DNA from: Candidatus Omnitrophota bacterium
Lineage (GTDB): Bacteria; Omnitrophota; Gorgyraeia; JABMRG01; JAFGKX01
Length of the DNA stretch: 64,000 nt
Direction: 5' to 3'
Assembly: GCA_043797125.1 (NCBI GenBank)
Contig: JAZDPX010000033.1
Location: forward strand, 98,527-162,526
Shown here: in pieces, positions 1 to 9,583 of the stretch
Layout: every line of letters starts with the position of its first letter
Numbering within the stretch: the stretch's first letter is position 1
Translations under genes and position numbers: made by a program
The notes under the pieces: model-generated
The model's input: only the letters and a program-made list of their open reading frames with translations
Database searches by the model: none
What the model was told of the DNA's origin: nothing

Positions 1-92
1 CGAAAATCTCCAGTATTGGTTAATTGGTTAATTGGTTAATTGGTTAATTGGTTAATTAACCACTCACCACTCACCACTCACCAATTGACTAC
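1..92. repeat. Composite palindromic short-tandem-repeat unit: (ttaattgg)x5 then core 'ggttaattaacc' then (cactcac)x3; window starts inside it
   Basis: Direct reading: ttggttaattgg... x5, then ccactcaccactcaccactcaccaattg; the left and right halves are approximate reverse complements (ggttaattgg vs ccaattaacc). Confidence 0.9.
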
Positions 93-365
93 TTTTCTAA
101 AATAACGTGTAAATAAACGGCGCGACTGCCGAGGACTCGGTAAATATTATTAAAAGCCCAAGTAACAACAACATAACAACAATCGGCGCAAGCCACCAGC
201 GTTTGCGCACCTTCAAAAAATCCCACAGCTCTTTTAAAATTGATAACTTACTCATGCTTTGTCCCCTTCCCGTAGGAGCCGCCTCTCCCTCGGCAGGCTC
301 GGGACACCTCGGAAGAGGGACACCGAGCGAAGTCGAGGTGCCGGCGGCGAATGTTCGCTACGCAA

Positions 366-785
366 TTAAAACTGCTTCTCGTAACGCTCTATGTTTTCTT
401 GCGGAGTTTCTTTGGCAATCCAATATGTATTTGCCTTTTTGTTCCAATCTATATCCAAAAAACCTTTGCCGAATAATTTAGCTATCAAGCTTATGAGTGT
501 TAAAACCAAATAAAATAATGCGGTAAGAACCAGAAGCGTGGTAACCGCCATGATAACTTCTAAGGTTTTCTTGAGAACAATTTGAAGCGGCTTCAACGCA
601 ACCGGAGCAAAAATACCCAGAATAAAAATAACAGCGCTCACCGCGTAAAACCATGGATAGACATTCACGCGCCCCTTAAATAAATGCAGCGTGCCTATAA
701 TAGCCAATGCCGCTCCAAAAATAACTCCGAATTTTCGCAGTTCTTTCTTATTTGTTTCCATATTTCTCTCTATGCTATCGACCAT
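366..785 (-). CDS. Small polytopic membrane protein (3-4 TM helices) immediately downstream of a carbamoyltransferase; first codons lie in the heptamer array, so the true start is probably the internal Met (~761)
   Basis: 139-aa ORF with hydrophobic segments (GVIFGAALAIIGTLHLF, YAVSAVIFILGIFAPVAL, AVTTLLVLTALFYLVLTLISLIA). The small-membrane-protein-next-to-carbamoyltransferase arrangement recalls the saxitoxin sxtJ/sxtI pairing (analogy only). Confidence 0.45.
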   Translation of the reverse strand: MVDSIERNMETNKKELRKFGVIFGAALAIIGTLHLFKGRVNVYPWFYAVSAVIFILGIFAPVALKPLQIVLKKTLEVIMAVTTLLVLTALFYLVLTLISLIAKLFGKGFLDIDWNKKANTYWIAKETPQENIERYEKQF

Positions 786-813
786 CGACTATAGACCATA
801 GACTATAGACTAT
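776..813. repeat. Heptamer tandem array (gaccatc/gactata family), intergenic
   Basis: atcgaccatcgactatagaccatagactatagactatc. Confidence 0.9.
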
Positions 814-2709
814 CTAATCCGGTGCGATTTCACTTAAATCCCCTACTTTAATTTCTTCGGCGTTTTGTTCTTTCTTATTCAATAAATACGAACCCATTAT
901 AAGATAATCCATATTTGTGCGCATAAAACATTTATAAGCGTCCTCGGGAGTGCAACAAATAGGCTCTCCCCTTACATTAAAGGATGTGTTTATTACCAAA
1001 GGGCACCCTGTCAATTTATAAAAGGCGTTTATCATATCATAATATAAAGGGTTATCCTGCCGCTTTACAGTCTGCAGCCTAGCTGTATAATCGACATGTG
1101 TTATTGCCGGGACATTTGACCGTTTTACCTTAAGTTTATCAAGGCCCTTGAGCTTTTTGTCCTCTTCCTTACTCGGCAGCCGCTTCTCGTTTTTCACATC
1201 CGCTATTAAAAGCATGTACGGGCTTTCACATTCTAAATTAAAATACTCCTGCGCGTGGTCCAGCAAAACGCTCGGAGCAAACGGCCTGAATGATTCTCTG
1301 AATTTTATTTTAACATTCATTATGGTCTGCATGTCCTTGGAACGCGGATCGCCGAGTATGCTTCTTGAACCTAAGGCGCGCGGCCCGAATTCCATGCGCC
1401 CTTGAAACCAGCCAAGGACATTTTGAGCCGCTATAATCTCTGCGGCCTTTTGCGGTACAGCGGCGTTGGGCAATTTCACATGAGGTATATTTTTCCCTTT
1501 TAGGAATTCTTCGATCTGCTTATCTGAAAAGGACGGGCCTAAAAGCGTTGCCTTTTGCGAATCATTAGAGCCGTCGGCGTTTCTCTCCTTTGCGAGATAT
1601 ATATGCCATATTGCCAGCGCGGCACCTAAGGCTCCCCCCGCATCCGAGGCAGCGGGCTGTATCCATATCCTTTTAAAAGGGCTCTGGCGCAACAATTTTC
1701 CATTGGCAACACAATTTAGCGCAACGCCTCCGGCAAGACAAAGGTTTGTTTCTTTGGTCTGTTTATATACGTGGTTTGCCATTTTTAAGACCGCAGCTTC
1801 AGTCACGACTTGCACGGAACTGGCTAGATCCATATGTCTTTGTTCTATTTTTGCGTCAGGCTTTCTGGGAGGGCCGCCAAATAGCTCGTCAAATTTTCTG
1901 TTTGTCATAGTAAGGCCGGTGCAGTAATTAAAATATTTTAAATTAAGCTTCAGCGACCCGTCTTCTTTTAAATCTACGAGTTCTTTTAAAATCAAATCAA
2001 CATATTTTGGCTCTCCGTATGGCGCAAGGCCCATAAGCTTATATTCGCCTGAGTTGACTTTAAATCCGGTATAATAAGTAAATGCTGAATACAATAGCCC
2101 CAGCGAGTGCGGAAACCTTAATTCAGCGTGTATCTTTATTGTGTTTGCTTGTCCATTTCCATAACTAGCAGTAGCCCATTCGCCGACCCCGTCTATGGTC
2201 AAAATAGCTGCTCTTTTAAACGGTGACGGAAAAAACGCGCTTGACGCGTGAGACTCGTGATGCTCCGGAAACAAGATCTTGCCGTTAAATTGAAGCTGGC
2301 TTTCAATGTAATCTTTCAAGAAAAGTTTTTGTTTAATCCATGGGGGCATGGCCGTAAGAAAGGACCTTATGCCAAGCGGGGCAAAGGCAAGATACGTTTC
2401 AAGCAAGCGTTCAAATTTCACAAAAGGCTTATCGTAAAAGGCAACGTAGTCCATGCCGCGAGAATTTATCCCGGCCTGCTGCAGACAAAAATTGATTGAA
2501 TTAATAGGAAAGCTATAGTCGTGCTTGATCCTTGTAAAGCGTTCTTCCTGCGCAGCGGCTATTATTTCGCCATCTTTTAGGATAACGGCCGCCGCGTCAT
2601 GATAAAACGCTGATATGCCTAAAATATAGGTGGGTTTTTGTAGGCTCATGCTTAGTATTTCTATATGTGTAGTAGTTAAAATATTACTATATTTCGGTTG
2701 ATAGGTCAA
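814..2709 (-). CDS. Carbamoyltransferase, NodU/CmcH family
   Basis: 631 aa; N-terminal Kae1/HypF-like fold motif 'ILGISAFYHDAAAVILKDGEIIAAAQEERFTRIKHD' and C-terminal carbamoyltransferase domain. Confidence 0.85.
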   Translation of the reverse strand: MTYQPKYSNILTTTHIEILSMSLQKPTYILGISAFYHDAAAVILKDGEIIAAAQEERFTRIKHDYSFPINSINFCLQQAGINSRGMDYVAFYDKPFVKFERLLETYLAFAPLGIRSFLTAMPPWIKQKLFLKDYIESQLQFNGKILFPEHHESHASSAFFPSPFKRAAILTIDGVGEWATASYGNGQANTIKIHAELRFPHSLGLLYSAFTYYTGFKVNSGEYKLMGLAPYGEPKYVDLILKELVDLKEDGSLKLNLKYFNYCTGLTMTNRKFDELFGGPPRKPDAKIEQRHMDLASSVQVVTEAAVLKMANHVYKQTKETNLCLAGGVALNCVANGKLLRQSPFKRIWIQPAASDAGGALGAALAIWHIYLAKERNADGSNDSQKATLLGPSFSDKQIEEFLKGKNIPHVKLPNAAVPQKAAEIIAAQNVLGWFQGRMEFGPRALGSRSILGDPRSKDMQTIMNVKIKFRESFRPFAPSVLLDHAQEYFNLECESPYMLLIADVKNEKRLPSKEEDKKLKGLDKLKVKRSNVPAITHVDYTARLQTVKRQDNPLYYDMINAFYKLTGCPLVINTSFNVRGEPICCTPEDAYKCFMRTNMDYLIMGSYLLNKKEQNAEEIKVGDLSEIAPD

Positions 2710-2734
2710 GTTAAATACGCTTCACTTTTCTCCT

Positions 2735-2761
2735 TGCAATACAGGTTTTATATGATATAAT
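2735..2761 (+). promoter_or_regulatory. Putative sigma-70 promoter with extended -10 (ttgcaa ... TGaTATAAT); predicts a leaderless transcript for the 2771 ORF
   Basis: ttgcaa at 2735-2740; tgatataat at 2753-2761; ATG at 2771, about 9 nt after the -10 element. Confidence 0.4.
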
Positions 2762-2770
2762 TTCTGTGAA

Positions 2771-4024
2771 ATGAAACGGACAATTATTTTAATTATATAT
2801 ATTATACTCTGTTATTCTGTCATGTGCTATGCGTCTTCTGGCGGTTCTGTTGAGTTATATTTTGCTACGGGTGAAAAATCGCAGACAGATGAAATCGAGG
2901 ACCGCGACCTTTCCGGGGATTTCGATTATTATAAATGCGGCTTTTCTTCCAATCTTAATTTAGAAAAAAATATATCCTTAAAAATGGGGTTCGACCAATA
3001 TCATAAGGATTTTTCAAGTCTTAATCAATCAAACGCGGACACCGATGTCTACAAGATAGGCGCTGATTTTCTTATCCTGGATAATAAGGAAAGCAGTTTA
3101 AATAGCGGGCTTGATTTTAGCCTGCGCAACAAACATTACAAAAGCGCGCCTCTTTCAAGTTATGACCAGCAAAGGGTAGACGGCGCAATAAAATATAAAC
3201 TCAAGGATATTTATTCGCTTGATTTAAATGCGGGAATAAATAATTACGAATATATTAACGATTATGATAATGATACGATGAAGGCTTTTTTAAAGATATC
3301 TCCTGGCGTCTACCTTTTTGATAAGGCTCTGGAATTGTCGGGGTTTTTTAGGGTACAGCGCTTAGACGCATACGGTAACAATAAAGACACAACGGAAACC
3401 ATGCAGGGCGCAACAACAACCCTAAATCTAGATACGCCATGCCTAAATAAAATAAGGGCTCAATTTGAAAACGGCAAAGAAAACACGCAGGATACGGAGG
3501 ACAGGGAAGATTCTCTAAGGTATAAATATCAGAAATGGAACGCCACAACATATCATAAATTTTTCGAAAAATTAAAAAACCAGGTCGAATACGGGCAAAA
3601 ACGCAGAGTATATCTTGCTAACGATAACGATTATGAAAACTGGTACATAAAAAACAAGAACACGCTCCTGGTTATAGAGAAAGATCCTTTTGACATGGAA
3701 CTTAGCGCGGACTACGAGCATAAGGAAACGACCTTTGACAGCCAGCACACCAAAAGCTATATTTCAAACAAGTTGGGCGGCGGGCTTTCCTTCTCCAGAA
3801 GAGCCGACTGGTCCTTTGACCCTGAATTCAGCTTCACAGGCTATGATTACACGCCAGGCTCAACATCAACACAGAAATCATACAAGGCGCAGATCGGCGC
3901 TAAAAAATACATTAGCGAGGATCTTATTCTTGAGGGCTACTACTGGCACAAATGGAAGGATTATAAAAATAAGGCAGACGCCGAGCAGTGGACCTTGAAC
4001 CTATCCTGCGCTGTCAGATTCTAA
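2771..4024 (+). CDS. Secreted protein, probable outer-membrane beta-barrel; the only substantial plus-strand gene in the first 50 kb
   Basis: N-terminal signal-peptide-like segment MKRTIILIIYIILCYSVMCYASS; alternating amphipathic pattern; C-terminal ...SCAVRF ends in Phe, typical of OMPs. Confidence 0.45.
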   Translation: MKRTIILIIYIILCYSVMCYASSGGSVELYFATGEKSQTDEIEDRDLSGDFDYYKCGFSSNLNLEKNISLKMGFDQYHKDFSSLNQSNADTDVYKIGADFLILDNKESSLNSGLDFSLRNKHYKSAPLSSYDQQRVDGAIKYKLKDIYSLDLNAGINNYEYINDYDNDTMKAFLKISPGVYLFDKALELSGFFRVQRLDAYGNNKDTTETMQGATTTLNLDTPCLNKIRAQFENGKENTQDTEDREDSLRYKYQKWNATTYHKFFEKLKNQVEYGQKRRVYLANDNDYENWYIKNKNTLLVIEKDPFDMELSADYEHKETTFDSQHTKSYISNKLGGGLSFSRRADWSFDPEFSFTGYDYTPGSTSTQKSYKAQIGAKKYISEDLILEGYYWHKWKDYKNKADAEQWTLNLSCAVRF

Positions 4025-5254
4025 CTCTTCTTCAGAAATATTACACACAGCAACTAAAATACCGGCAGTTATCCAGAAAATCGTTACTATTTTCAACGCA
4101 TATAACGAAGTATCAAAAAATGCGTTAACTAAATACGCGATAATCCCCGATACCAGGCTTAACAGAATGATCTTATAAAATTCGTCTTTTGTCTTCTTAA
4201 AACTCGACCTGGCCTTGGCAAATATCCTGAATAAAAAAAGTAAAAAAGTCCCAAGCCCAATCACGCCTATCTCCGCTGCCATCTGCAGGTATGAATTATG
4301 CGAATATATGCCGCCCCTGGGGTGCACTTTAAAGTTAGGGGCGACCAACGTGTATGTATTTATGCCCCAGCCTAAAAATGGCCTTTCCTTAATCATCTTA
4401 ATAGCTTCCTGCCAAAGGCCTATTCTGTATTCACTATACAATGTCTCCATGCTGTTTATTTCCTTTACCCTGCTTTCGACCTTCTGCGGCATAAAAAATG
4501 AAGTTATAAGCAATATGGCTAAAAAGCAGGCAAATATTTTTTTATTAAGCGCAAAAGTAAAAAATGACATGGAGATTAAAAACGCGATCCACGACGCGCG
4601 CACATAACTAAAAATAAGGGCAATAAACGCCGCTAAAAATAAGATAAAAAACATAAAGCGGTATTTAAAAAAATATTTCTTGCCAGCCGCCAGCCCAAAC
4701 AAAAGCGGGATATATGTAATCAAGTAGTTTCCAAAATCATTATGATGTAAAAAAGATGCAGTAATCATATAATCAAGATGCAGCGGGTATTTTCGGATTA
4801 AATCAAAGCCCGCGTAATACTGTATTGCGGCATCCAGGCACATTAAAGAAAAAGAAGCCAATAAAACAGAAATTAATATCTTAAGCCTTTTCTGCTCGGA
4901 AAACATATCCACTACGATTAGAAAAAATAGCGCGTATTCTATTGTTTTTGTGAACAATGCCTTTATGCTGTGGGAAAAGGAGAAGCTAAAAAGGCATGAT
5001 AAAAAATTAATAAAAATAAAAACTCCGAGCGCAAAAAAAATAAAATTGTATTTGTAAGCATACTTTTGAAAGGTTTTGTCTTTAAGCCAGAGTAAGACTT
5101 TTTTCACAACCCACGCTACAATTCCAATAGAACCAAATATTTCAATCCCAGCATTTGAAAAAGGTATTATAAATACCAAGGCATACATCGAGTACGTGGT
5201 AATGATATTTAGGCTTCTAATAATTTTTGACAAGCTTATTTCCTTTTTAAGCAA
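4001..5254 (-). CDS. O-antigen ligase/polymerase family (Wzy_C-like) polytopic membrane protein
   Basis: About 10 TM segments and the periplasmic loop motif 'YSHNSYLQMAAEIGVIGLG' (H-N-x-Y-L-...-E-x-G). Confidence 0.6.
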   Translation of the reverse strand: MLKKEISLSKIIRSLNIITTYSMYALVFIIPFSNAGIEIFGSIGIVAWVVKKVLLWLKDKTFQKYAYKYNFIFFALGVFIFINFLSCLFSFSFSHSIKALFTKTIEYALFFLIVVDMFSEQKRLKILISVLLASFSLMCLDAAIQYYAGFDLIRKYPLHLDYMITASFLHHNDFGNYLITYIPLLFGLAAGKKYFFKYRFMFFILFLAAFIALIFSYVRASWIAFLISMSFFTFALNKKIFACFLAILLITSFFMPQKVESRVKEINSMETLYSEYRIGLWQEAIKMIKERPFLGWGINTYTLVAPNFKVHPRGGIYSHNSYLQMAAEIGVIGLGTFLLFLFRIFAKARSSFKKTKDEFYKIILLSLVSGIIAYLVNAFFDTSLYALKIVTIFWITAGILVAVCNISEEELESDSAG

Positions 5255-5258
5255 GCAT

Positions 5259-6896
5259 TTATATTTTATTACGAATAATAATCTGGACTGTCTTTAAAAT
5301 AATCCATAAATCCAGCTTGAAACTTTGTTTTTGCTTGTATATCGCATTTAATCTCATTTTATGCACTAAAAGCCTATTATAATCATCTTCACGGTTGTTG
5401 CCGTTTAATTTGATTATTTCGTTGGCAAACACCAACTGGGACAAGCCTGTGACGCCTGGCTTAATATCTAGCAGGTGTTTTTTTGCAAATTGCTCATTTT
5501 TCAACCATTTTAAAGACAATGGCCTCGGCCCCACAACGCTCATATCGCCCTTTAAAACATTTATAAAATTTGGTATTTCGTCTATTTTAAAGCGCCTTAA
5601 AAATTTACCTATGTCCGTTACCCTCTTGTCGCCTTGATATGCAAACGGTAAATCTGTATCGATCGCCTTTTCAAACATAGATCTTATTTTATACATCGAA
5701 AACTCTCTGCCATTTAGGCCAAACCTTTTTGCCCTATAAAACACCGAACCTTTTGAAGTAATTTTTACAAGTAATGCACAGACAAGTAAAGGCAAGGCGC
5801 TTGATATCAAAGCTGCTGCTGAAAAAATTATATCAAAGAGCCGCTTTATCATAGCGTCATAGCTTATTTTGTTGTTGTCGACTAATACGTTTGCCCTGTT
5901 GATTAACAGACGCCTGAGGCCGGCAAAAAAACCTAAACCGTAAGAGACGTGGATTATTAAAAAAACTATAGGTAAAATAATAAAATATTCCAAACCATTA
6001 GCCATGGCCACTTTTGCTGTAAAATAGAACATAAGAATCGAATAAGCCCCGACGATTACGAAAAGCGGCAATTTTAAGCCGAATGATACGGCTACGGCTG
6101 CAATAATGGCTGATAAAACAAATAAAAACGGGATAAATTGCCTGTATTGCATGCTTTTGGGATGGCGTTTTGCAATCTCGACCTTCCAGTATCCATTACG
6201 GAAATTTTGGATCCACAGGCTGGCCAAATTGGTTTTAATATAATAATATATTTTTATCGACGGATTAAAAAATATCTTTCCTCCTCTATGCCGCAGCCTA
6301 TAATTAAACTCCGCATCCATGCCCCTTGATAGCGTTTCGTCAAAAAAACCTATTTTGTCAAAAACTTCCCTACGGTACGCGCCAAAAGCAACAGTATCCG
6401 CATATCCTTCCTTGCCCTGGCAGCGAAATTTAGGGCTGCCAAGCCCGAAATAACAGCCCGTTGCCAAAGAAACTGCTTTAGTAATATAGGTTTTGCCATT
6501 AGCCTCAATCTTGCCGCCAACGCAATCTGCTTTAACCTGGTCTAATAATGCCACATTCAAAGTTATAAAGTTCGGCAAGGCCCAGCTATGCGCCCCGAAA
6601 ATTATAATTATGTCGGCATCGCTGTGTATTATACCAATATTCAAGCCGGCAGAAGCAATCCTGGCTTTGTTGTACAGCAGCATAACCTTATGGTTGTTCG
6701 TAAGACCTTGCACTATATCTACCGAATTGTCGGTTGAGCCGCCGTCAACTACAATAATATCGCATTTATCATAATCCTGCGCAATTAACGATTCCAGGCA
6801 TTTTCGGATATACTGCTGCTCATTATACATGGGCACAATGACGCTGACTTTTGGCAGGTTAGCGTTTTTTGTACCCGTTGCAAAGTGCGTTTTCAT
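5259..6896 (-). CDS. Bifunctional fusion: N-terminal GT2 glycosyltransferase + C-terminal polyprenyl-phosphate phosphoglycosyltransferase (WbaP/PglC-type sugar transferase)
   Basis: N-term 'VSVIVPMYNEQQYIRKCLESL...VVDGGSTDNS'; C-term 'RLFDIIFSAAAL...YRAKRFGLNGREFSMYKIRSM...DEIPNFINVLKGDMSVVGPRPL'. Confidence 0.8.
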   Translation of the reverse strand: MKTHFATGTKNANLPKVSVIVPMYNEQQYIRKCLESLIAQDYDKCDIIVVDGGSTDNSVDIVQGLTNNHKVMLLYNKARIASAGLNIGIIHSDADIIIIFGAHSWALPNFITLNVALLDQVKADCVGGKIEANGKTYITKAVSLATGCYFGLGSPKFRCQGKEGYADTVAFGAYRREVFDKIGFFDETLSRGMDAEFNYRLRHRGGKIFFNPSIKIYYYIKTNLASLWIQNFRNGYWKVEIAKRHPKSMQYRQFIPFLFVLSAIIAAVAVSFGLKLPLFVIVGAYSILMFYFTAKVAMANGLEYFIILPIVFLIIHVSYGLGFFAGLRRLLINRANVLVDNNKISYDAMIKRLFDIIFSAAALISSALPLLVCALLVKITSKGSVFYRAKRFGLNGREFSMYKIRSMFEKAIDTDLPFAYQGDKRVTDIGKFLRRFKIDEIPNFINVLKGDMSVVGPRPLSLKWLKNEQFAKKHLLDIKPGVTGLSQLVFANEIIKLNGNNREDDYNRLLVHKMRLNAIYKQKQSFKLDLWIILKTVQIIIRNKI

Positions 6897-7944
6897 AATC
6901 TTTAATAACTTTTTTTGCGATTTCTAAGGGATTATGCCATCTCTCGACATACGCGCGGCTTTTTTGCCCCAGACCCGATAAAGTTTCTCTGTTTTTTACG
7001 ATTTCCTTAAGAACGCCGTATATGGTATCGGGCTGCGCGTTGATAACAGGCAAATCATTTCTCATCTGCTGAGGAATAAACTGTAAATCCTCACGCTTAA
7101 TATAACAAACCACGGGTTTGCCGCACGCCATTGCCTCAACTGAAACCGCCCCGTACCAGCCTATTAAAAGCTGATCCACCACAAGGTCAGCCTTTTTATA
7201 AATATCCTTTAGGCAATTATGGGGTGTTTTCTCGACGACCAACAGGTCCAGGCGATGGCCTTCCTGCTTTAATCTGTTCACCGCGTTGATAATATATTTT
7301 GTCCCCTTTATCTTTCTCTTGCTCGGCAAATGAATAATGTGAAATGTATTTTCAAAACCGTTGCCTTGGGATGGCGTCCATTCCCTTATATCTACGCTTG
7401 CGTAAGGCAAGAATTCGGCTTCAGGGCAGCTGCGGATAAGGTCGGGGTTTAAGGCGTATATTTTATCCGCATAGCGCCTTATGCTGTTAATTCTTCTTTT
7501 CTTAATAAAATCCGGCACCATGCTGTATCTAAGGGCGCTGGTTTTCATTAAGCGGGCGTCTGTTCCCTGCAAAGTAAAAAATATCTTCTTGCCTTTTCTC
7601 TTCAGCAGCGGCAGGTCAAGATGGTTCAGTAAAAAATACGGATAATCAAGGATGGATTTGCCGAAGTTAAAATGAAATACGTTATATTTTTCAATGGCAG
7701 AGCAAAGGAACCAATAGCGTTTCAGTTCCCTGCCGGGCGAAAATATCTTTTTTGCGCCGAGGTTTATATCCGCCGGATAACCGTAAGATGAGCTTCTGAA
7801 AACCATAACATCACTATTAACGCTATGCGTTCTCTCGGCTCTGGATAAACCCCATGGGTTTCCTCCTGTATCTGTCGGGCTGTGCAAAACATTTATTGTG
7901 TTTATTAGCATTTCTAGTTCCTTTTGACGCCGCTTGCCCGCCAA
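6859..7944 (-). CDS. GT-B fold glycosyltransferase (GT1/GT4-like)
   Basis: C-terminal Rossmann half with 'KADLVVDQLLIGWYGAVSVEAMACGKPVVC' resembling the GT4 E-x7-E region. Confidence 0.5.
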   Translation of the reverse strand: MAGKRRQKELEMLINTINVLHSPTDTGGNPWGLSRAERTHSVNSDVMVFRSSSYGYPADINLGAKKIFSPGRELKRYWFLCSAIEKYNVFHFNFGKSILDYPYFLLNHLDLPLLKRKGKKIFFTLQGTDARLMKTSALRYSMVPDFIKKRRINSIRRYADKIYALNPDLIRSCPEAEFLPYASVDIREWTPSQGNGFENTFHIIHLPSKRKIKGTKYIINAVNRLKQEGHRLDLLVVEKTPHNCLKDIYKKADLVVDQLLIGWYGAVSVEAMACGKPVVCYIKREDLQFIPQQMRNDLPVINAQPDTIYGVLKEIVKNRETLSGLGQKSRAYVERWHNPLEIAKKVIKDYENALCNGYKKR

Positions 7945-8708
7945 CTGATACCTTTATACAAGCTTATGCGGATATCGTTGAATTCGTTTGCGTTAAACCA
8001 GCTGCACACTTGCTTGTAGCTGATAAAATCAACCTGCGGAGCGTTGAGCTTGTCAAAAACATTAAGAAGGTTGCGCTGAAATGAAAATCTGCGAAAATTT
8101 CCAAAATACTCATAATAGGGCATCCTTTTTACGGGCAACCTATACAAGGAATACACAACCGGGTATAGCAACGCGGTAATAAATCCGGAGATTAGCAGCA
8201 GCGCTGTTCTTGATATTTTTTTCAGCAAGAGTTTCCTGGCCGGCTCAACTATCTTTTGCATTAAAAGATTGCCTTCCTTAGAATAAACCCATACAATCAA
8301 TTTGCCTCCGGGCTTAACATGCTTCTTAAGATTAGAAAAAGTCTTATCCGGGTTATCGGTATGATGAATTACACCTATGGCTATAACAACGTCAAATAGT
8401 CCGGGCAGGTTCATAGCGGCGATGTCATCTTCAATAAATGCTATATTGCTCAAGGAACCGCACCTGTTTCTAGCTATATCAATTGTATTTAAATCTACGG
8501 CTGTTACAGCTTTTGCGTGCTGGGCTATAAGAAATGTGTGGTGTCCCCCGCCGCAACCGCATTCTAAAACTGACTTGGATCTAATATCGTCAAGCGTATT
8601 GGGATATATCCATTCTGAAAAAAGAGATGATTCCTCATCCCTAAGCATCTGCCACTGTTTGCGCCACTGGTCTTGCTTGCTTTGCTTTGAGGCTTGCGCG
8701 CTTTTCAT
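7914..8708 (-). CDS. Class I SAM-dependent methyltransferase (start set at the internal Met forming an ATGA overlap with the upstream GT2 stop)
   Basis: 'VLECGCGGGHHTFLIA...DLN' motif I; 'KPGGKLIVWVY'. Confidence 0.8.
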   Translation of the reverse strand: MKSAQASKQSKQDQWRKQWQMLRDEESSLFSEWIYPNTLDDIRSKSVLECGCGGGHHTFLIAQHAKAVTAVDLNTIDIARNRCGSLSNIAFIEDDIAAMNLPGLFDVVIAIGVIHHTDNPDKTFSNLKKHVKPGGKLIVWVYSKEGNLLMQKIVEPARKLLLKKISRTALLLISGFITALLYPVVYSLYRLPVKRMPYYEYFGNFRRFSFQRNLLNVFDKLNAPQVDFISYKQVCSWFNANEFNDIRISLYKGISWRASGVKRN

Positions 8709-9580
8709 GCGTTCGACCTTCTGTAGAGTTTGGTTAAAAGAAAGGCCAAGAGCCCGACACAAAAAATAGGCATAAAACTTGCGATGCATATCGAGGCTAT
8801 TATACTGAGAAGCTTTACTCTGAATATAAAATAATTTCCAACCGCAAGAGCGATCCCGAAAAGTATATTAAGAGTACCCAGCAAAAGAAATAATTTTATC
8901 GGGTTATAAAAAAGTATCGCCTCAACTATTATCTGCGCTGTGCGCAAGGTATCGTAAAAATGCCTTACCTTGGAGGTGCCTTCTCTTTTATTCATCTGCA
9001 CTGGAACAAACTTGATATAATATTTGTTCAGCGAAAAGATAAGCGTTAACGTCGTGGTAAAAGAAAAGCCTCCGCACAAAAAAGGCTTAAACTGCAGCAC
9101 CAGGTCTTTCTTAAAAATACGCATTCCCGAATTTACGTCAGGAATTTTTCTGCCGCAGGCATATTCCACTAAAAACTGAAAGACGCTTCGCGCCGGCCTT
9201 TTTATCACGCCTTTTCTGAATTCCTTGCCAAAACGGGCGCCGACAACCATATCGTAGCCTGGATAGTACGAAAACAGCTTTGGCAAGTCATCCACCGGAT
9301 AAGTTGCATCCGCGTCAATAATGCCTATGCAGTTATAACGCGCAGCCTCGATACCGTCAAGCAATGACTTGCCATAGCCCATATTCTCGGGATGGGTTAA
9401 TAGAGTCATTTTTTTGGTCTGACACGCCTTTATCATCTGCTGCGTGTTGTCTGTTGAGCCATCATCGACAACCACAATCTCATAATCTTTAAAGGCTGCG
9501 TCCGCCACAGAGACTAGGCGAAGGAGAACGTTTTTAATGGCTTTTTCTTCATTATACGCCGGAACGATAATGCTAATCAT
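8705..9580 (-). CDS. GT2 glycosyltransferase (Dpm1/GtrB-like, C-terminal TM helices)
   Basis: 'ISIIVPAYNEEKAIKNVL...VVVDDGSTDNT', DxD region, C-terminal hydrophobic helices. Confidence 0.85.
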   Translation of the reverse strand: MISIIVPAYNEEKAIKNVLLRLVSVADAAFKDYEIVVVDDGSTDNTQQMIKACQTKKMTLLTHPENMGYGKSLLDGIEAARYNCIGIIDADATYPVDDLPKLFSYYPGYDMVVGARFGKEFRKGVIKRPARSVFQFLVEYACGRKIPDVNSGMRIFKKDLVLQFKPFLCGGFSFTTTLTLIFSLNKYYIKFVPVQMNKREGTSKVRHFYDTLRTAQIIVEAILFYNPIKLFLLLGTLNILFGIALAVGNYFIFRVKLLSIIASICIASFMPIFCVGLLAFLLTKLYRRSNA

Positions 9581-9583
9581 ATT

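Noticed and set aside
1-92. CRISPR array
   Set aside because: Repeat units are only 7-8 nt, arranged in direct tandem with no unique spacers. There are no cas genes.
203-481. Plus-strand 92-aa ORF and the many other 60-170-aa plus-strand ORFs overlapping minus-strand genes
   Set aside because: They lie antisense to strongly supported genes or over the GC-rich structured region, have no recognisable motifs, and show low-complexity composition typical of shadow ORFs.
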